Source: Terriglobia bacterium
Lineage (GTDB): Bacteria > Acidobacteriota > Terriglobia > JAIQFV01
DNA: 64,000 nucleotides
Assembly: GCA_020073085.1 (NCBI GenBank)
Contig: JAIQFV010000009.1
Location: 124,162 to 188,161, forward strand
Direction: 5' to 3'
The notes under the pieces are model-generated. The model was not told where the DNA came from. It was given only the letters and a program-made list of their open reading frames with translations, and did not search any database. The translations under genes and the position numbers were made by a program. Position 1 is the first letter of the stretch, and each line of letters starts with the position of its first letter. Positions 58,341 to 64,000 of the stretch are shown here, piece after piece.

Positions 58341-60902
58341 TCACTCTCTTGCATGGACGGCTTCACGTGACATTTCCTTTCCCGTCCCGCCCTCCCAGGG
58401 AGGCTTAACACGGACGGGTTCCGGCCAATCCACCTCAGGAACGGACTTGGGCCCATAACGGTGCGGTTCTTCGACCCCCCGGGTAATGCCTGTTCCTCTG
58501 CTGTCGGTCGATTCCACGTCATCTTCCTGTCTTTCGGCCCCCTTCTGAATCGCAGACAAAACCTTGTCGGGAGTGATGGGGACCTCATCAATGCGCACCT
58601 GGACCGCATCATAAACCGCGTTGGCAATGGCGGGCGGGACCGGCAGCAAGGGTCCCTGTCCGACTTCCTTGGCGCCGAAAGGGCCGTTGGGATCCGGATC
58701 TTCAATCAGAAATGTCTTCACGTCGCACATTTCCAGCGTCGTGGGCGATTTGTATTCGAGGAGGCTGGGGAATTTGTGCACGACATTCCGATTCGCCCGG
58801 TAACTCATTTCTTCCATCAGAGCCTCACCCAATCCCATGTAGACCGACCCCTCCACCTGTCCCAAGGTCAAGGCCGGATTAATGGCGCGTCCGATATCGT
58901 GCGCCATCCAGATTCGCTCCACCCGCACAATCCCGGTGCGCGGGTCCACCTCGACCTCGGCGACCGCCGCATCGTAACTGTATGCCGGAGAGGGACCGAC
59001 ACCCGCTCCCTTGTATCTTCCCGCTGAGGGAGGCGGCGTATAACTGCCGACGGTCCCAATCGTTCCGAACCTGGCCTCGGCGATTTGAACCGCCTCGGCG
59101 AATGAGATGGACGTCTCGGGATTCTCCACATCGAATAACCGGCCCCCGGAAAAGGAAAGATGAGTGGCGGGAATGTTCATTTTTTCCGAAACCGCGCGGA
59201 CGAGAAGGTCCCGGGCGCGTTCAGCTGCCTCCAGCGCCGCATTCCCCGTCATCAGCGTCACCCGGGAGGAATAACTCCCAAGATCAACAGGAGTGAGATC
59301 AGTGTCCGCCGTGAGGACTCGAATGTCGAAGGGATCAATCCCGAATACCTCGGCAACAAGGTAGGCGAGGATCGAATCGGAACCCTGTCCAATGTCGATC
59401 GATCCACACATCACGCACACACCGCCTTGACGGTCCAGCCGGAGCTGCACCCCGGAATGCGGCATGTGATTCCAATAAATGGGAAGTCCGGCGCCACTCA
59501 GGTAGGACGCACAGGCCAGCCCTATGCCTTTTCCGTAAGGGAGGTTTCGGAATTTGTTCTTAAAGTCGCTCGCCGTGACCACCTTGTCGAGACACGCGGC
59601 CAGCCCCATCGAGCCAACCCTCAAGTAATTTGCGGTAAGCGAATGGGGCTCCACCAGATGGTTCTTGCGAATTGCCACTGGATCGAGCCGCAACTGCTCC
59701 GCAATCTTGTCGAGATGAATCTCGAGGGCATAGCGGGGTTGCGGCGTTCCGTGGCCGCGCTTGGGTCCGCAGGGCGGCTTGTTGGTAAACACACGGACGC
59801 CTTCGAACTTGTAATTCGGAATTTTGTAGGTCACCGTCTGCAACGCCCCCGTGTAATAGGTGGAGGCAACCCCATAACTGCCGTAAGCCCCGCCGTCGAG
59901 GAAGGAGCGGAAATGCATCGCCGTGATCGCGCCGTCCTTCTTTGCCCCCGTCTTCACCCACATGAGCACGGGATGTCGTCCCCGGTGGCAATAAAACACC
60001 TCTTCCCGCGTGAGGGTTACTTTCACGGGGCGGCCCGTTATCATGGCAAGTTTTGAGACAATCATCTCGTGGGGAAATGGGTCACTCTTGCCGCCAAAGC
60101 CGCCTCCATTGGGCGTGGCGATGACCCGGATACGGCTGGCAGGCATTTCCAGTACTTTTGCGAGCGCCCGGTGGACATAATGCGGGGTCTGCGTGGAGCT
60201 CCATAAACAGAGCTTGCCGTCGCCGTCCACCTGGGCCACGGCGGCGTGCTGCTCCATGGGAAGGTGCGTATTGCCTTCGTAAAAGAATACATCTTCCCGA
60301 ACCAAATCGGCCTGTTTGAATCCTTCTTCCACGTCGCCAAACTCCAAGGCCACCATCTTGTGAACATTGCCGTGATCCCCATAGCTGTGGATGCGCCAGG
60401 CCTCTTTGCACTCTCCGGGATTCTCGGAGCCGCCGGTCTTTGAAAGTCCATCTCCGGTGCGCAGAGATTCAGGATTTCTCAATGCATCCTGTATCGAGGA
60501 AACGACAGGCAGAGGTTCGTATTCCACTTCGATGGCGTTCATGGCTTCAAACGCCGAATCCTCGTCGATGGCAGCAACAGCGGCAACCGGATCACCAATC
60601 ATGCGGACCTTCTCGAGGCACAGCGCGTGCTCGTCCTGGCTGACCGGTAATATGCCGTAGGGGAGGGGGAGGGACTTCCCCGTAATGACCGCGACCACAC
60701 CGGGCATCGCCTCAGCCTTCGACGTGTCAATTTTTCGAATCAGGGCATGGGGGACGTGACTGCGCAGGATTTTACAGTAGAGCATCCGCGGCAACACGAT
60801 GTCGTCGGCAAATTTCGTTTGCCCGGTTACCTTGGCCGAGGCATCGATCTTGCGAAGCGGCTTGCCGACAACGTTGAGATGTTTTGAGCTTCCGTTCTTC
60901 AT
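58341..60902 (-). CDS. hcrA: Molybdopterin subunit of a xanthine-oxidase-family enzyme (4-hydroxybenzoyl-CoA reductase alpha-like)
   Basis: KVTG...FADD, STQTPH, GGGFGGK, KRGHG, DIGQGS, SYSSRVT, GQVEG. Start placed at ATG 60902; GTG 60965 is also possible. Confidence 0.82.
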   Translation of the reverse strand: MKNGSSKHLNVVGKPLRKIDASAKVTGQTKFADDIVLPRMLYCKILRSHVPHALIRKIDTSKAEAMPGVVAVITGKSLPLPYGILPVSQDEHALCLEKVRMIGDPVAAVAAIDEDSAFEAMNAIEVEYEPLPVVSSIQDALRNPESLRTGDGLSKTGGSENPGECKEAWRIHSYGDHGNVHKMVALEFGDVEEGFKQADLVREDVFFYEGNTHLPMEQHAAVAQVDGDGKLCLWSSTQTPHYVHRALAKVLEMPASRIRVIATPNGGGFGGKSDPFPHEMIVSKLAMITGRPVKVTLTREEVFYCHRGRHPVLMWVKTGAKKDGAITAMHFRSFLDGGAYGSYGVASTYYTGALQTVTYKIPNYKFEGVRVFTNKPPCGPKRGHGTPQPRYALEIHLDKIAEQLRLDPVAIRKNHLVEPHSLTANYLRVGSMGLAACLDKVVTASDFKNKFRNLPYGKGIGLACASYLSGAGLPIYWNHMPHSGVQLRLDRQGGVCVMCGSIDIGQGSDSILAYLVAEVFGIDPFDIRVLTADTDLTPVDLGSYSSRVTLMTGNAALEAAERARDLLVRAVSEKMNIPATHLSFSGGRLFDVENPETSISFAEAVQIAEARFGTIGTVGSYTPPPSAGRYKGAGVGPSPAYSYDAAVAEVEVDPRTGIVRVERIWMAHDIGRAINPALTLGQVEGSVYMGLGEALMEEMSYRANRNVVHKFPSLLEYKSPTTLEMCDVKTFLIEDPDPNGPFGAKEVGQGPLLPVPPAIANAVYDAVQVRIDEVPITPDKVLSAIQKGAERQEDDVESTDSRGTGITRGVEEPHRYGPKSVPEVDWPEPVRVKPPWEGGTGKEMSREAVHARE

Positions 60903-61026
60903 GAGATAAACCGCAAAAGGTTTGGTAGCCGTGATCCCGTTCTTTAGGATCGCGGGCTTTTCCACGCAGGTCGCAAGAGCTCGAGGGCTAAAGCCCTCCT
61001 TGACTTAAATCAACGTGATCAAGGCC

Positions 61027-61175
61027 TGGCTAAAGCCAGACCCTTACAAGGCCCTGTCTCTTCAATCCGTACACAACTTCCTCGGAGATACTGATTCAAA
61101 TCCACATGCTCATGATTTGGCTGAAGCCAGGCCCTTACAAGGGCTTTTCACTTCAATCCGTACACAACTTCCTCG
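61027..61175. repeat. About 91-bp imperfect tandem duplication including the hcrC 3' end
   Basis: cttcaatccgtacacaacttcctcg at 61060-61084 and 61151-61175, each preceded by ggct(a/g)aagccag.cccttacaagg. Confidence 0.85.
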
Positions 61176-61714
61176 CGGACCTCTGCCTTTTCCCCGCGCA
61201 TACGGGCCGCCGCCAATTCGACCGCCTCGTAAATCTTGATGTAGCCCGTGCAACGGCACAGGTTGCCCGACAGCGCCTGGGCAATCTCTTCACGGCTCGG
61301 CTTCGGATTCTTTTCCAGCAACTCCTGGGCCGTCAGCAAAAATCCCGGCGTACAGTAGCCGCATTGGGCGGCCCCAAGATCGGCGAAGGTTTCCTGCAGC
61401 GGGTGCAACCGGCCATCCGATAGTTGCATTCCCTCCACCGTCATCACCTCGTGTCCTTCGACATCGAGGCCCAGGACGAGGCACGAGAGAACCGGTTTGC
61501 CGTCCAGCAGCACCGTGCAGGTCCCACATTCGCCCAGCTCACACCCGTGCTTGGTCCCGGTGAGATTCAGATCTTCGCGCAAAACCTCAAGCAGGGTCTT
61601 ATGAGGTGCAAATGCAACCTCGCAAGGCTCCCCGTTCAGGACGAACGCAATGTGCGCTTTTTGCTTCCGACTTTTCGCCCTGGGATTCATCGTCTTCTTA
61701 ATTCCGGACTTCAT
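61148..61714 (-). CDS. hcrC: 2x[2Fe-2S] small subunit (4-hydroxybenzoyl-CoA reductase gamma-like)
   Basis: GTKHGCELGECGTCTV, QCGYCTPG and NLCRCTGY. Confidence 0.88.
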   Translation of the reverse strand: MKSGIKKTMNPRAKSRKQKAHIAFVLNGEPCEVAFAPHKTLLEVLREDLNLTGTKHGCELGECGTCTVLLDGKPVLSCLVLGLDVEGHEVMTVEGMQLSDGRLHPLQETFADLGAAQCGYCTPGFLLTAQELLEKNPKPSREEIAQALSGNLCRCTGYIKIYEAVELAAARMRGEKAEVREEVVYGLK

Positions 61715-61729
61715 CGCACTCTGCTCTCT

Positions 61730-63145
61730 TCATAACCGGACATACTCAAAATCGAACGGCTTTCCGCCAACACCGCTTTTGGGTGGCGCAATCCAGTTGG
61801 CGATCTTTCCCGGGTCAGTGACGGGTTTCATCAACTCGCGCACATAAGCCCGATCCTCTTGCCCGGGCAGCCAGAAGGGGGCCCTTGATTCGAACTCTTC
61901 CTTCGAAACCAGGTTGCCTTCAAGATCGAAGCAGTGGTTCGCGAATTCACCCTGATGGCGATGAAAACGGGTGGAGGGAAGGACCAGCCTCGTGGAGATA
62001 CCCTCTTCCTCCAGCGCTTTGTTCCACCTTGCCAGACCGCGCTCGCAATCCTTGACATACTCGCCACGCAGCACTTCGTTCAACGCATTCCGGAGCGGGG
62101 CCTCTTTCGTGGTGAGCCTTCCGTTCTCGATCACGGTCAGCGAATAGGTGGTGTCACTGATCACATGGTCTTCATACTTTTTCTGCTCGAGATAGCGCCC
62201 TTTCAAGCCCGCCGAGAAGAAGTCCGCTGCATTGGAAGAAATCTCGCCACCGAAAAGATCAAGCGAATAGCTGTACCAGAAATTGATGTAGCGCTGGATG
62301 ATGGAGAGGGGGATGCCGCTGAGCGCCCTCACCTCGTTGTCGCCCTGATTCTTTGTCTGCTTCATCAGCTCCGCGGTGCGTTTCACGATGCGCTCCAGGC
62401 CCGACTCTCCCACAAACATGTGGTGCGCTTCCTCGGTCAGCATGAACTGGCAGGTGCGCGCCAGCGGCTCGAAACCCGACTCGGCCAGGGACGCGAGCTG
62501 ATATTTTCCATCGCGGTCCGTGAACATGGTAAATGCGTAAAAGTTGAGCCAGTCATCACACGGCTGGTTGAAGGCGCCCAGGATGCGCGGCTTGTCGGTG
62601 TCGCCGCTCCGCCGCTGAAGCAGCTCCTCGGCCTCCTCACGGCCGTCGCGTCCGAAGTATTTTTGGAGGATGTACACCATCGCCCACAAGTGTCTCCCCT
62701 CTTCCACATTCACCTGGAACAGGTTTCGCAGGTCGTACATCGAAGGGCAGGTGGCGCCCAGGCTCCGCTGCTGTTCGACGGAGGCCGGCTCGGTATCGCC
62801 CTGGGTCACGACAATGCGGCGCAGTGCGTTGCGAAACTCCCCGGGAACCTCCTGGTAGGCCGGGTTGCCGCAACCATCTCCAAACCCGATGGTGGCGTTT
62901 TCTTTGGAAGGGTTCAGGAAGATCCCCCAGCGATATTCCGGCATCTTGACATAATCAAAATGGGCCCAGCCCTCGGGCTCTACCGACACGGCGGTCCGAA
63001 GGTAAACATCGCGCCCCTGGAACCCCTCCGGTCCCATTTCGTTCCACCAGGACAGGAAATTCGGAAGCCATTTCTCCAGCGCGCGCTGAAGCTGGGGATC
63101 GTTGCTGAGATCGACATTGTTGGGAATTTTATCGAAGACGCTCAT
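61730..63145 (-). CDS. boxB: Benzoyl-CoA 2,3-epoxidase subunit BoxB
   Basis: IPNNVDL, QGDTEPASVEQQ, diiron ligands EEGRH and EEAHH, FTDRDGKYQL. Confidence 0.96.
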   Translation of the reverse strand: MSVFDKIPNNVDLSNDPQLQRALEKWLPNFLSWWNEMGPEGFQGRDVYLRTAVSVEPEGWAHFDYVKMPEYRWGIFLNPSKENATIGFGDGCGNPAYQEVPGEFRNALRRIVVTQGDTEPASVEQQRSLGATCPSMYDLRNLFQVNVEEGRHLWAMVYILQKYFGRDGREEAEELLQRRSGDTDKPRILGAFNQPCDDWLNFYAFTMFTDRDGKYQLASLAESGFEPLARTCQFMLTEEAHHMFVGESGLERIVKRTAELMKQTKNQGDNEVRALSGIPLSIIQRYINFWYSYSLDLFGGEISSNAADFFSAGLKGRYLEQKKYEDHVISDTTYSLTVIENGRLTTKEAPLRNALNEVLRGEYVKDCERGLARWNKALEEEGISTRLVLPSTRFHRHQGEFANHCFDLEGNLVSKEEFESRAPFWLPGQEDRAYVRELMKPVTDPGKIANWIAPPKSGVGGKPFDFEYVRL

Positions 63146-63199
63146 CAATTGTCCTTTGGCGAGAATCTTGAGTCGTGAAACGGAGTAGCCGTCTTGATA

Positions 63200-63312
63200 C
63201 CGAAGCCAGAAGCGAGAAGCCGGACGCCAGAGGTCGGAAGTCAGAAGTCAGAGCTCAGAAATGAGACCACTAGGATCACAGTCTCTGGCTTCTGGCATCC
63301 GGCTTCTGGCGT
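63200..63312. repeat. Heptamer-repeat hairpin element
   Basis: gaagcca gaagcga gaagccg gacgcca gaggtcg gaagtca gaagtca versus tctggct tctggca tccggct tctggcg. Confidence 0.85.
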
Positions 63313-63325
63313 CCATTGAATACCT

Positions 63326-64000
63326 TCATGTCCTTCGAAAGTCAAACTTCGCCTTCGTCGGCTTCCCGTAATTCGTCAGCGCTCCGTGTTCGCCGACGGC
63401 GTTGGGCCGCTGGAAGATCCAGTTCTGCCAGGCGGTGAGGCGTCCATAGATCTTGGTGTCGGTGGTTTCCGGGCCGGCGAATCGCAACGAGGCCTCCATG
63501 CCGGTCAGGGCGTCTGGGGACAGCGAAGTCCGCTCTTCGATGGCCACGCGGATCTCATCGTCCCAGTCCAGCCCGTCGGGCACCAGGGTGACAAGGCCAG
63601 CTTCGAGCGCGGGGTCGGCTGAGAAATGAGCGGGAGGTTTCAAAGCAGCCTCGACCCGGGCGGTATCGTTGAGAAAGCGGGATTCCAGGCGCGAGAGGCC
63701 GTTTGACATCGGCAGTGCGCCGGCGTTCATCGAATTAGTAACAATTCTAATCGCTTGATCCGGGTCGTTTCGCATGTAGATGCGATCCGAAGCGAGTGCA
63801 AGTTCCAGGAGATTCCCCGCGAAGCAACTTCCCTCTTCAATCAAAGTAAAGAAACTCTTGGCGGTATGATCCATCCGGCGCAGAACGCGACCCATATGGA
63901 GAATGATCTCCCGCACCAATCCATGGTTCCGGTGGTTTGAGAGTATTTCATCGATCCGGAGGATGGCGTCCAATTCGCCGTGAGTGCGGACACACACCAA
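63326..64000 (-). CDS. boxC: 2,3-epoxybenzoyl-CoA dihydrolase BoxC (C-terminal part; 5' end outside the window)
   Basis: SCFAGNLLELALASDR, EERTSLSPDALTGMEASLRF, GRLTAWQNWIFQRPNAVG. Confidence 0.95.
   Translation of the reverse strand: MVCVRTHGELDAILRIDEILSNHRNHGLVREIILHMGRVLRRMDHTAKSFFTLIEEGSCFAGNLLELALASDRIYMRNDPDQAIRIVTNSMNAGALPMSNGLSRLESRFLNDTARVEAALKPPAHFSADPALEAGLVTLVPDGLDWDDEIRVAIEERTSLSPDALTGMEASLRFAGPETTDTKIYGRLTAWQNWIFQRPNAVGEHGALTNYGKPTKAKFDFRRT

Noticed and set aside
61934-63178. 414-aa plus-strand ORF, and similar long antisense ORFs at 16896, 24526, 36837, 43071, 52702 and 59160
   Set aside because: Antisense shadows of well-supported genes, as expected from GC-rich codon bias.

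Overview
A 64 kb bacterial chromosomal window of moderately high GC. Gene content and repeat style suggest Acidobacteriota, which is an inference. Housekeeping and catabolic genes include tatA, a thiolase, 3-hydroxybutyryl-CoA dehydrogenase, recA, a PBP transpeptidase, ferredoxin, bioY, M16/M28 peptidases and a PAS histidine kinase. There are two accessory regions. The first (2.3-8.2 kb) holds an HNH-like protein, a trypsin-TPR protease, and hicB, nucleotidyltransferase-pair and higBA toxin-antitoxin genes among palindromic repeats. The second (30.7-49.3 kb) holds orphan secreted proteins separated by REP arrays, next to a Ser/Thr kinase-STAND-WD40 gene and a GAF sigma-54 activator. Main observations: (1) an ArsC/Spx-family gene whose real start is missed by the ORF track, with an in-frame UGA in a UxxC motif and an adjacent SECIS-like hairpin, so probably a selenoprotein; (2) a self-contained kinase-STAND-WD40 / sigma-54 enhancer protein / sigma-54 promoter / secreted-protein module with visible -24/-12 and activator-site candidates; (3) aerobic boxC-boxB genes directly upstream of a 4-hydroxybenzoyl-CoA-reductase-like (hcrCAB-like) molybdoenzyme that has Gln in place of the family's catalytic Glu, with no boxA in view; (4) six gene-less heptamer-repeat elements, most of them hairpins, and several REP families including 74-bp tandem arrays. 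I recognised no rRNA, tRNA, CRISPR array or intact transposase. All calls come from reading motifs by eye; no database search was run.
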